DNA of 64,000 nt from Lama guanicoe. Its lineage: Eukaryota. Positions within the stretch are counted from its first letter, which is position 1. The number at the start of each line of letters is the position of its first letter. A program made the position numbers and the translations under genes. The notes below the pieces were generated by a model. It was not told the DNA's origin. It searched no databases and saw nothing but the letters and a program-made list of their open reading frames with translations. This document shows positions 25,661-37,780 of this stretch, in pieces. The stretch spans positions 12,786,879-12,850,878 of the forward strand of contig MU053881.1 of NCBI GenBank assembly GCA_013239625.1. Direction: 5' to 3'.

Positions 25661-26974
25661 AGAAAGTTAGAAACAACATTGCAATCCACTCCTACCAACC
25701 ACCTCTCCAGCTGTCTCACCTTAGTGGAAAGTGATTACTTTAATGGGAATTGGCAGTCTGCCTCTCAGTTTAAAATGGCAGGTAGCAATTTTTAGCATTC
25801 AGCATTTCAGATGGTTTCAAATAAGAAGAGCTCAGAGATCACCTTATCCAAAAATTGTATTTTACATGGGAGAGTGCTAACATCCAGAGTCTGTATTTTC
25901 ATATTTATACTCACGTAAAACCTTTCTGTGGACTAACAGAAGCCTGTGGGATTTAATTGTGTGGTCTCTGATTTATAACGCACACACATACCAGGCTTAC
26001 TTTTTTCCTTTCTATTATATTAGAATATAAATAAAGAAAAAAGTGTTTCTTGGTGAAATGTCCTGAGGGGGGAAAATGTTATTTTATAAATTGTCTTTAA
26101 TCTAAAAACTACTAACACGTGGTGATACAAAGTATATACAGCTTTAGGCTTATGAGAGCTTAGCTGTAATGTGGTTATCTATTTATTTTAGCCTTTTCTG
26201 GTATATTTCTAATTAGTAAGCATCAGAGCAGTAAATCAAACTCAAGAAAGACAATTTCAGAGTAGATAGTTTTGGCTACATACTTTTAAAGAATAAAAAT
26301 GTTCAGAATAGTAAAGAAAATTCAACTAATGCATGAATTACAGGATTCATGGGATCTTTTAAATAAGTGATTAAAAATATTCTATGTTTTGAAGACGTAT
26401 ATCATTTGTGGCTCTTAAAATAAACCTGTGAGACTAGATGGTTTTGAGTACTCTCCTTTTTCTCTTTGTCCACCATATGCAAACTCCCACACAAATTCAT
26501 GTGCATGCTAAAACAAGCCAAGTGAACCACTCCCCCCTCCTGTGTATCTAGGATATGTGCTGTCCTGGTCCATTGTATAACTCTAGACAAAGACAAAATC
26601 ACTGGCGCACTCTTGACAAGTATGTTTGGTCTTAATAGTTAGAACTTTTGGACACAAAGATTAGTATAATTGCAGGTTAAGCAAAAAGCTCTGTATAGGT
26701 TGGTATTCATGTCATGTTCTTTGGAGTAAATTTCAACTCTCCTCTACTCTTTTAGAGAGAAATTCAGATCATTATCGCACACGTGGAAAAATTCTGGCAT
26801 ATATGAGAATGGCTTCTCCTCCCACTGCTGACAATAGATAGCACAGTACAGTTGTCCCTACCAAGCACAGATTTAATCTCAGAATTGTAGTTTGTATGAT
26901 TTGCATGTGTGATATAAACATTTGTTGGCTCTCCATGGAGAGAAGATGTGCTTAAGAATTTGTACTACTTAGCC

Positions 26975-27160
26975 ACGTAGTCCTGTGTTCAAATTCTGGC
27001 ACTGCAAGCTGCTCGCTGTGCAGCTCTGAGCAGATAACAATTCTTCCTGAGCCTCAGTCACGCCATCTGTAAAACTGAAGTAATGTGAATCCCTGGCGTG
27101 TTATTTTGAGGACAAGTTGAAATGATGCACATATAATGTCTAGCATATAAGTTATTATTT
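26975..27160 (+). mobile_element. MIR SINE
   Basis: gttcaaattctggcact...ctgagcctcagt...catctgtaaaa. Confidence 0.8.
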
Positions 27161-30100
27161 TTAGAGTCTTTGTTCCATATTTTGCTGAGAAAAACATTCA
27201 AGGAGGAGCTTATTTGAGGAAACAGAGGAAGTAAAGAGTTCTGGGAATTTTCTTTATTTAAACTAGTTTTCCTTAACATGTGTAATTCTATGGAGATGCC
27301 ATTTAAAACCATTAAGACATATATCTAATGTTACTTTTTTATTGTTTTTATAGGAAATCTATTTTGTGGAGATGGTAGATCCAAAGTCAACCAGTTTGTT
27401 ACAACATATTATTATGGGGCTCAATTTGTTTACTGAATGGAGAAAAAAATTCCCACCTGGAGAAATATAAGAAAAATATGAACACGTGATGAGTGACATG
27501 AATATTTATCAGTGTTTTTGTAGAAAATCATGAATTTATGCATTCAACTAAGCCAATTAAATTCATAAACTCGTATTGTCATTTCATGGGTAATCACAGA
27601 AGATCTAAAGGGGAGAACCTTAAAGAATCAAGTTTTAAATGAAACCTTCAGAGAACTTATCCCTCTAATGACTATATCTTACTTTTATGATGCTGAATGA
27701 TACGGAGTTAAATAACTAATTTTCTATTTGAGCCGAATTGGAGATGTCTTTAAGTTTTATTTATTTATGTTAATCTAGTCCCAGTTAGTAATTCCGAGGG
27801 CGCAGTTGACTCTGTAGCTCTCAAATGATTTATGGTTTCCAATGCCTAACCTGTTGAAAGTGGCATTAGCTTGACAGTTAAAGCACATTTTTGTCTCTTC
27901 TTTCCTTCCTGGATCCTACTGAGAGAAGCATCTAGAAATCCTATGACAGTTGGAGGAAGAGAAGCTCTTTCTTGTGGTTTGGCCAATGACCTGCTTTTAG
28001 AGTGCCATTTTCCATGGGCAAAACACACACAAAAAATGTACTTGAAAAACAGTGTTCCATGTGATATGTGGAAAAGTTTGGAAATCCACTTGGGCCCTGC
28101 AGGAAATTAAAGAGCAGGAGAAATTGGACCGAAGAGATTAAGACAATTTTTAGATTACAAACACTTTCTGGGAAAGTATTCAAACCAATTCAAATAAGCA
28201 ACACAAAGAAGAACAAGGGAGGATTCAAGGACAACTGGGTAAAACTAAATTGCAGGGTTAGGTTAATTGGTATGGGTGGGAAGGCTTCCTATCAGGTTTA
28301 AGCAGTGAGTGTGTCTAAATAATGCTGAGAAAATTGAGTTAGAGAGTGTACACACAACACTTAGGAATCATGATGATTGCATTTCTGCTTAAACTAGAGA
28401 TCTAGCTAGCAGAAATCATTTTCCTATTTATTCACATGTTCAGGAGAGAAAGGACATCTAGGATGAAATCTGAAGGCAAGCTCGTGAGTCTGAGTTGGTT
28501 GTCTGCAACCCTAGCACAATGATGCTTGTTGCAGATCTTGTTAAAGAGACTTTTACTTACTTCCCTTCTCATTTATGTCAAATAAAATGTAGAGAGTGAA
28601 AGTGTATGTAAGCTCAATTGTAGCAGGGAGGGGATACAAGCATAGTCAGTGTTCTGAAATTGTGTATGTAATAGTGATGGCAGTCAAAGCTGATTTTTAA
28701 AACATTTGTTTAGTTTTTTATTTTACTTTTTTTTTTTAAAAGTATGTATTTGCTAAATGAATGCTTCAAACTTGACATTTTTTAACCTTAAAAAATGGGA
28801 TGATCTTATGTGGAAAGAAGAATACTTAGTATTTTCATATGGTCATTCTAATGCTATTAAAAAAGGGGGATGGAAAAGCAGGGGATTTAAGATAATCAGT
28901 TAGTGTTTGCAAACCCAGCATCAATATTCTTTTCCATCCCTTTTACTTACACATACAATTGCTTTTTCTGAACACCTGACACTGTTATGAGTAGTCGGTA
29001 CCACCCTCTATATCTGATGGTGTATCTGTCAGGGCTCTTGAGATTTTAATAACCTTATTGCAAACAATTGAAACCATCTCTAGATATCCTGAAGGGGGGA
29101 AAATTTTAACACAAAGCTTTTTGGAATTCACAGAGTAGAATAAAGGCTGGAGAACCAGACTTGTAAAGTGTGCATGTGGGCAGGAGGTATAAAAGAAATC
29201 TGATATGATGGTAGGAAGCATACGCCATGCTTAAGGAGGCAGGTGCTCTTTCTCTTCACCTCACATTCCAGTGGATAGGAGTAAGCCGGGAACTTGTGAT
29301 TGGTGACCTAGTCCATGTACTTGCATATGGCTGCCGGCAAAGTGGGCGGAATAAGGGTTAAAGATTCTGCAGCCCTCTCCTGACCAACCTTTGTTAGAGG
29401 GATGTGACGTAAAGTACCCCAGCAATTGTATTTGCCTTGTAGGAGTCCTCTCAAGGAGGAGGGGCACTGAACACTGGATACACGCACAGGCACACAGATG
29501 TACACACACACACACCCTGAAACATATACACTTAGTGCTCAGAAAATACTTGCTCATTATTGCAATCAAGATGGGTACGATTAAATGAATCTAATTTAGC
29601 AAAACAGTCATCTGGAATGACTTACTAACAAAGACTTGTTAAAGCTAGTCACAGCTTATAGAGGGAGTCCTGGAATCTATTTTCTATGAATATTAAATTG
29701 ACAGAAAATGAATAGTGCTTCTGGTGAAAAGCTTCTTTTGAAAAGGCCGGGGAAGAATCATAATTCATAAAAATGTCACGCTTTAAAGAATTTGTTAGTA
29801 TTAACATGACCTTTAAAACTGTATCTCATAATAAACCAAGTATACGTAAGGAGAATCAAGTCAGTTACCTCTGCCATCCAGACTCAGAACCAGGCTTTGT
29901 TTTAAGGTAGGATAGAGAGTGCAAAAATGTATTCTAGATAACTTGACTATTTACTTTTCTAGCCATTATCTAAAATACAATGGAAGTTGTATCAATGAAC
30001 AGTAAATATTGATGTGGTTTTTTTTTCCTGTTTTTCATTGGCATTCACTTATAAGAGATGTCTATCTCCAGTTTTACTCATTCACATTTTTGGAGAAGTT

Positions 30101-30719
30101 GCCACAATTATATATTTGAGCTCTCTTTAGCTCCCAGTGACCTATAGCAAAAGAAGAAAGAGTGAGAAATTGAAGAATTAAAAAATGCATGGTTTGGCCA
30201 AATGCACCATTTAGGCTAGATATAAGTTTTAACTCTGACTTTTTATTGTTTCTGTTGTTCTTGTTTGAAATTACCTTCAAGGCTTAAGAAAATACAGAGT
30301 TCAATTTTAGTCTTCTAAATGAAAGACTTCATTTTTCATTAAAGGAAAAATATGCATGGTTTTCCATCTGAATTACTCTGACTATGAATTTATTTCACTG
30401 GAATGAAATTTAAAATCATTATACTAATTTCTTATGCAAATGTGTCAAAATTGACAATTTTTGTTTTGCTTATAACTCATTGAACACTTAGTCATGTAAA
30501 CAGAGAAAAAAAGTGACTTGATATCAAAACAAAAACAAAGTAGGAATTAAATTGGCAATTTCCAAATGCATAGTTCTTTCAAATGAAAATCCTTGAATGA
30601 GTGGGAAAAGTGCATCAGGGGTGAGGTTGTATTCCACTCTCTCAGAATCTGAGCCATGGTTCACAGTAAACCGGGTCTCCTGTGAAGTGCCATTAGCTCC
30701 TTCAGAATCTCCATTAGCA

Positions 30720-31175
30720 CATTTGATGTTGTCTGTACTGTTCATTCCTCTTGGTTGAAAACAGCTATAGCACACTTTAGCTGAGTTAGCAGAAAAAGAG
30801 TTTGTTATAAGAATATTGAGAGTTCATAAAATTGTTGGGGTGCTGGAAGACGAGACTTAAGGGTATGCAGCCAGAAACTATGTTTAAAACTAAATCGTAG
30901 AGCTAGTCTGTTAATAAAACTGGCAGTTTTTGTAGGACCTATTATTTTCAGAAGCTATTACTATTGCTATGAGAAGAGAGGTCCTTACCACCCTTGCTGA
31001 TTTGATCAGTAGTCCTGATGCAGTTAACAGGCTGAATCTAGGTCACATGACTGGGTCATAGCATTGAAGCCTAGGAAAATGAGTATCTGGCATTTTCTAG
31101 CTTTTATTTTGGGAAGCACTCATTCATAAGATGAGGAACTCCCTAAACATTGAAAAGAAGTTCAGTAACTAAAAA
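30720..31175. mobile_element. MLT1-type MaLR LTR
   Basis: ctttagctgagttagcagaaaaagagtttgttataagaatattg...ctaggtcacatg...aatgagtatctggcatttt. Confidence 0.65.
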
Positions 31176-31554
31176 CTGGAATACAGAATTTATTACCCTC
31201 AGGGTATTCACAGGAAGACAGAAAATAGAACTATAACTATAGATAAAATATTTTATGACATGCTTCAGTGAACCTGAAGAAATTTCTCCTATCAACCTTT
31301 CTATTATCTAAAGTGAATATCTTGATGGTGTATATTAAACTCAGATTTGGAAGAAGGGTTCTATCAAGCTCATACAACAATTAATCTTCAGTAAAATTTA
31401 AGTTCTTTCTCCTAGTTTACAGAATAAAATCTATGACAACTACATTTTGAAGAATGGAGGAGCTGCGTAGTCAAAATTCTAAAGATTATTTATTCTCCAG
31501 ATAAACATCCCCTTACTTTACAACTAAATATTAATCTAAGTTGTTGAGCATCTT

Positions 31555-31660
31555 TATCATGAAAATGTTTTGAGTTTTGTTAAATACTTTTTATGCATCT
31601 ACTGAACTGGTCATATAATTTTTATCCTTCATTGTGTTAATGTGTTGTATCACATTTACT
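31555..31660 (-). mobile_element. L1 ORF2 (RT N-terminal part) fragment, antisense
   Basis: The reverse complement corresponds to the NVIHHIN...DAEKAFDKIQH region. Confidence 0.8.
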
Positions 31661-32243
31661 ATAATTAGAAAGGGGAAAAAGCAAAAATAAACAAATGGGG
31701 CCTAATTAAACTTATGAGCTTTTTGCACAGCAAACGAAACCATCAACAAGATGAAAAGACAATCTATGGAACTGGGAAAATACTTGAAAATAATGCAACT
31801 GACAAGGGCTTAATTTCCAGAATATATAAATAGCTCATACAAATTATTAATTAAAAAAACACCCCAATCCAAAAATGGGCAGAAGACCTAAACAAGCAAT
31901 TCTCCAGTGAATACATACAAATGGCCAATAGACACATGAAAAAATGCTCAATACTGTGAATTATCAGAGAAATGCAAATCAAAACTATAAGGAGGTATCA
32001 CCTCACACCAGTCAGAATGACCATCATTCAAAAGTCCACAAATGATAAGTGCTAGAAAGGGTGTGGAGAAAAGGGGACCCTCCTACTCTGTCAGTGGGAA
32101 TGTAATTTTGTGCAACCACTATGGAAAACAGTATGGAGATTTCTCAAAAAACTAGAAATAGACTTACCATATGATCCAGCAATCCCACTCCTGGGCATAT
32201 ATCCAGAGGTAATTCTAATTCAGAAAGATAGATGCACCCCAGT
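31661..32243 (+). mobile_element. L1 ORF2 C-terminal fragment with no 3' UTR or poly-A
   Basis: Runs from KAKINKW...IKL through ttaccatatgatccagcaatcccactcctgggcatatatc, which is identical over 40 bp to 7902-7941. Confidence 0.92.
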
Positions 32244-32640
32244 TCTTCTTTAAATATTTAGTAAAATTCACCAATTGCATCATTTAATCCTGGTCTTTTT
32301 GTTGCTATTAGGAAGTTTTTGATTACTATTTGAATATCTTTACTGGTTATTGATCTGTTCAGATTTTCTATTCCCTCATGATTCAGTGTTAGTAGGTTAT
32401 ATATTTCCAGGAATTTATTCATTTCTTCTATGTTATATAATTTTTTAGTGTATAATTGTTCATAGTCTCATAATCCTTTGTATTTCTTTGATATCAGTTG
32501 TAGAGTTTTCTTTATTTTCTAATTTTATTTGAGTCTTTCCTCTTTTTACTTTGTTTAGTTTAGCTAAAGGTTTGTCAATGTTGTTTATCTTTTCAAAAAA
32601 CCAGATCTTCTCTTTGTTGCTTTTTTCTATTGCTTTTCTA
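32243..32640 (-). mobile_element. L1 ORF2 fragment (between EN and RT), antisense
   Basis: The minus ORF gives KIWFFEKINNIDKPLAKL...TTDIKEIQRI. Confidence 0.9.
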
Positions 32641-32890
32641 GATATAGAAGGAATATATTTCAACATATTAAAGGCCACATATGACAAGCCCACAGCTAGC
32701 ATAGTATTTAACATTAAAAGACTAAAAGTTTTTCTTCAAAAATTAGAAACAAAACAAGGATGCCCACTCTTGCCACTTCTGTTCAGTATAGTACTGGGAG
32801 TCCTAGCCATAGCAATTAGGCAAGAAAGTGAAATAAAAGATACTCAAATTGAAAAGGAAAAAGTAACATTGTTTCATTTTGCAGGTGATA
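32640..32890 (+). mobile_element. L1 ORF2 reverse-transcriptase fragment
   Basis: IEGIYFNILKATYDKPTA...QGCPLLPLLFSIVL...FAGD (a degenerate FADD motif). Confidence 0.92.
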
Positions 32891-32909
32891 GACCAGATAG
32901 ATAGATAGA

Positions 32910-33170
32910 TAATCTTTCTTAATTCCTTTAGCATTTTTGTTACCTCCTTTTTGAACTCGGTGTCTTGTAGAGAGATCTGCTTCATTGTTCTTTCAGAGGT
33001 TTTCTCTTGTTCTTCTAATTGGGAGAAGATCCTCTGGTTTTTCATTTTACTGAAATTTCTCTGTCTCTGCGAATTTACAGGAAACAGTTATCTACTGTGG
33101 TCATAAGGGCTGTATTTATGTGGAAGCATCCCTGTGTAGACTGTGTGAGTCCAATATTTTGGATGAAATA
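32910..33170 (-). mobile_element. L1 5' UTR/ORF1 start fragment, antisense
   Basis: The minus ORF MKNQRIFSQLEEQEK...DTEFKKEVTKMLKEL resembles the ORF1p N-terminus. Confidence 0.7.
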
Positions 33171-33859
33171 TGTTGCACTGATCCATAAACCTCAAAATAC
33201 ACTCAGAATTTTTTTTTAGAATTTTCCTCTCAATGAATATGCAGGCATGGGCATAAAAAGTAAGGCAGTGTCATATACTCAATTAATGCATAGAGAGAAA
33301 TTCTTCATTTCCCAAACACTGATTTTTTTTTTAACAATGCCAACATTTGTTTTTATTTGTTTATCTTTCTGTGATTATAAACATGAGAAGGTTTTGGTTT
33401 AAACACAGAAACAAAATACTTACAGATGGTTGAGTTTTTCTTCCAAAAAGACTTTTTAAAAACTACCTGTGATAAGAAGATAAAGAATTCTGGGCCAGTG
33501 AATCTAACAGTTATCAGAAGTTTGTTGTTCATTTTAATATATGACTAAATGGACAGTTTTGGAATATTGGGGATAAGTTAGATTAGGGTACCTGGGTTGA
33601 CAACAGCTAATAAGCAAGCTGGAGCCATGGAGGGAGGATCAATATGTACCAGCCTTGTTCCCATATGTTCCTTGGTCTAGAGGTAGGATTTTAGTATAAC
33701 AATGTATTTTTATTTGTATTATATTTTGACTCACCACCTGAGGCAGCATATTAAGGGTTGCAACAGCCTGGAAAAACTGGTCATTTAAAATTGAGAAAAT
33801 AGGAACCGTATATATTAGAAACAAAACAAACAAGTGAGCAACAAAACTAGTCCTCTCAT

Positions 33860-34330
33860 CAAGCTTGGATTCTGTGCTGCAGTCATTGCAAACAAAACTT
33901 GAAAATAACTTTAAAATAAGGGGAGTTTATTGGCTTCCATAATTTGAAAATCTAGGGGTAAAGGTGGCCTTATATTTGGTTTGCATCGCTGGTTATAAGA
34001 TGTCATCAAGGACAAAGTTGTCAACCTCACTTAAGTCTTATTTCTGTCATAGAAAAATGAATGTAGCAGTCCTAGTGGGCAAACAAATCATATCACACTA
34101 TTCAGAAAGAGAGACATAATGACTTCTGGTATTACTTTTCAGAAGTACAAGTAAAGAAATTTCTCCGTCTCGCTAGAAGATACCCACTGTTTGTGCTTTA
34201 GCTCCAACTGAGTCACATGCACATTTCTTGCTCTCTCCCTGGTTTAGGCCTTAGTTAGATGAAAAAATACAGTCTTGAACTGGAGGATGGAGTTCACCTC
34301 CACAAACCACATGGCTCTTACACAATGGTT
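33860..34330. mobile_element. MLT1-type MaLR LTR
   Basis: taactttaaaataagggagtttattggcttccataa...actgagtcacatgc. Confidence 0.6.
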
Positions 34331-34379
34331 GCTGGAGTCATAGTCTTAATGCCTTATGATCTTCATCCAGAAATCGTTG

Positions 34380-34800
34380 ACATCTTCCTTTATTTCTTAG
34401 ACAAGATTAACTCCTACAGTATTTTGTACATCTCTCTTTATAGCAATTATTATACTTACAAAATTGCTTGTTTTATTTTCTGTCTCTTCTACTGAATTTT
34501 TCTCCTAAGTTTTACTGTGAAGATTTTCAAACACACAGAAAAATGGAAGCAATTGCAAGTGAGCATCACTATTAACTCTACCACCTATATTTCACAATTA
34601 ATATTTTGCTATATTTACATTATCATATCTATTCATCATTTCTCTTAATCTATTCATTATTCCAGTTTACTATCTCCTGCTGGATTTTAGTATCCTTGAA
34701 GAAAAATGAGCTTCTGTCTTGCTCAGTATTATATCCTTTGCATAATAGTATGATGTCTGAAAAGTAGAAAGACCTCAGTGAAGATTGAGGAAGGAAGGAG
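34380..34800 (+). mobile_element. L2 3' end split by an antisense L1MC/ME 3' fragment (about 34500-34650)
   Basis: L2 motif tctgtctcttctactgaa resumes at tccttgaagaaaaatgagc. The insert begins attttcaaacacacagaaaa. Confidence 0.6.
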
Positions 34801-35959
34801 TAAAGAAAAGAAGAAGGGAATAAAGAAAGGAAGAGAGAGAAATAAAGGAGCCAGGGAGGAAGGAAGTGCATCTTTTATGGAGAGAGAGCTTATTTTTGGC
34901 TTAACCAGAGCAACTTATACCACTATGGGATGTGACTCTATTTAAGAGTTCGCAAAGCAATACTGAATGCCAAAGTCAACACGAAGCTCAAACTGTGTCT
35001 TTGGAAAACTAGAGATGTTAATATTTTATCAGTAATGGAGAGCGTAATCAAAATTCTGCCTATTTATGACTTAAAGGTGTTCATATCAATTTTCTTTTAG
35101 CCAGGCATCATTCATAATATTGTTCATGAAGTAATTTTGGTGGGATTAAACTTGAAATGTTCATAATTATGTAATTAATTATAATCACCCTTGGTTACAT
35201 TTTCTAATTAATGTCAGTTTATGAACATAGCACCCTGTGCTGTCAGCCACACAGCAGGAGGTGTGAGAAGGATGATTTGTGTATCGCAGTGAAATCAAGC
35301 ATTCTTCATAATCTCTTTTGAAAAGCTCGGGCAGACTGCCTCTGGTGGTCAGTGGGGTAGCTTTTGGCCTTTAGTTTCCCAGACTATGGGCAAAGCGTAA
35401 GAGATCATTTGGGGATAAAGGGCATTGTCAGTTCAATTGCTGCTAAAGCACATGTGGAGAAGTGACAGTATCAGTGGGACAACAGAAGGGAGCCACATCT
35501 GTCAGGCATGGAGGTGAATTGTCAATAGCTTTTACAGAGGACAACTATAGTAACCTATAAGAATATGGCAGGAATCATTGGAAAAACATCAGTAGTCAAC
35601 CTCAAGACTGGAATCTGGGACATCTGCTTCTAGAGGCTCAGAAAGGCATGATTCCCAACACACAGAAGACAGATATGCTTAATTTTATCCCTGTTTTTAA
35701 GCCTCAAGTGTTCGATAAACTAAGGAGGCATGACTTATACAAGTAAAATGCATTTTAAAAAGTTGTCACAAAAGATGTTTCTGTTGGGATGGTAAAAACT
35801 GATCTAGGTTTATGATATAAAGTCAGCATTCTGTTATGAAATAGGTTTTAGTGATTAAACTAGTCCAGACAATAAAGCTTTGCTCTTTATGTGGGTTATG
35901 CATTCTAGTTGGTTATATGTAGATATTCTGTTATATTATCAATAAAGCTGAGTAGTACA

Positions 35960-36080
35960 CAGAAAATATTTTATTATCCTCATTTTTAGAGATGAGAAAA
36001 TTGACAACCAGAGAGGAAAAGGTCATAGAGATTTAGAACCAGATTTGTTGATACATCTTCACCTTTACACATTGTCTCCT
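35960..36080 (-). mobile_element. MIR remnant
   Basis: attatcctcatttttagagatgagaaaattga. Confidence 0.75.
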
Positions 36081-36399
36081 GTTTGACAGTTATCTCCTTG
36101 CCTTGTAAGGAAGCTATGTCTTTTCGGTTAATACTGCTATACTTTCATAATCAAAAAGAATTTATAGAACTTTGGAGTTAACTGTAGATTAAGTGGATAT
36201 ATTTAGCTGTGTTATATTGGGTTTATGTGGCAATTTTGAGGACTAAGGCTAGAAATCCATTTCATACAACTTCCATACTTTGCCTAATTGTCTTCTACCA
36301 CAGAGAACAGAAATTCTCTAGGAAGGCTATTTTTAATCAGAAGTAAACACTGCTCCCAATTTTGCATGTTGACACATCTTTGTTAATATTTCTTTTTCA

Positions 36400-36900
36400 G
36401 GGGTCAAAAGTATTAGGACTTTTGGGAGTATAAAAAGTTCACACAGATTGCACAAAATAAGGAATTTATGGGCTCAGGAAATGAAAGTCTGCCTGGAAAG
36501 TTCTAATCTTCTGGCATGGCTGGATCCAGGTATTTCAGAATGTCTTCAGGAATTTTTTTCTTTCCTTTTCTTGGATATACTTTCCTAAAAGTTGACTTTA
36601 GTCTCTGGTAACCTGTTCAGTAAGGTAGAAGAAGGACTACCAAGAGATCCAGACTCACATTTTACCAGCTTAGTAACCCTCTTTGAGGGATACTCTCCTT
36701 CCCAATTTGACCAAAGAAAACCCCAGAGTCCTAGACTTGAATCCATTGGTGTGTATCAGATCGTTGGACCATATTTGAACCATGATATATAGCTCTGAGT
36801 ACATATGGTAATCTTTCAACCCCTGGACTATTCTCAGTCACCTTTAGTCACATTGTCTGAGCATGAGGTGAGTGGGCACACCAGAAGAAAACCAAGACAC
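36400..36900. mobile_element. MLT1-type MaLR LTR
   Basis: ggaatttatgggctcaggaaatgaaagtc...ggcatggctggatccagg. Confidence 0.7.
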
Positions 36901-37544
36901 CAACTAGCAAAAGGGAAAAATTGATACTGACTGTGCTCAAACAATGAAATCATTCCTTGAACTCTGACAAAATGTAATTTTACGAGAGATACTTCCTTGA
37001 GAGACACAAGTTGATAAAACAGGATATTAATCATTTAATCATATTTGATAGGTCAAAATAGCAAATATTTGTGAGTAATAATATTGATCATAGTATTTCA
37101 AAGCCCAGTCTTCCTTTAGAGGTTGTAAATAAAGAATAAGTATTAATAAAATAGATAATCAATGTCAGGTCATCACTTTGATTGGCAAATTAAAATATAA
37201 GTTAAAGTGAAGTTTATTTAACTTACTCTTTTTTACTTTTACTAGTCATTACATATTTTCATATGTAATTTTCAAACAATTCCTTGCCAAAATGTACTCT
37301 TCAATGTTCTGGAAGCTTTTATTTGATTTATTTATTTATTAATTTTACATTTCAATTTTCACTTTCACCATGCTGAGAAGAGAATTCAGAAAGGACATGT
37401 CTGTAAGAGTTGACACCTCGATATTCTCTATTCACAGGCTAGAATTGTTATGCAAACGAAAGAGCTCTGGGTGAAAATTAGTTTCATGCAATCCAGTCGG
37501 GGTGCTGGGCCACAGTGAGGTGTCATTGAACAAGGGCCATCAAA

Positions 37545-37780
37545 AGCAGTGGTTAAGCATCTGGGCCTTAGAATCAAATCGAACTGAGTCACAGCTTCAT
37601 CACTGACCAGCTGTGTGATCTTGAGTAATTCCCCTCACCAATCCTCAGTTTCCTCATCTTTGAAATGAAGATCAGATGGTCTCCTTCCGAAGACTGCCAG
37701 GGATTACGCCGTCGAAACGTTTATTGTACTTCCTGGTGCAAAATGAGCATCCAGATTGTCATTCTTTATTTTCTTATTGG
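37545..37780 (+). mobile_element. MIR SINE
   Basis: agtggttaagcat...agctgtgtgatcttgagtaa...cctcagtttcctcatctttgaaatg. Confidence 0.85.

Noticed and set aside
27330..27470. Acceptor followed by a short open frame (EIYFVEMVDPK...)
   Set aside because: No convincing donor and no recognisable protein similarity.
32551..32904. 117-aa ORF with RT-like motifs
   Set aside because: It is a chimera across an L1 inversion junction with a mutated catalytic FADD, not a gene or retron-like system.
35333..35352. CTCF-like tgaccaccagaggcag on the minus strand
   Set aside because: One base is missing from the invariant-length core (CCACCAG-RK-GGC).
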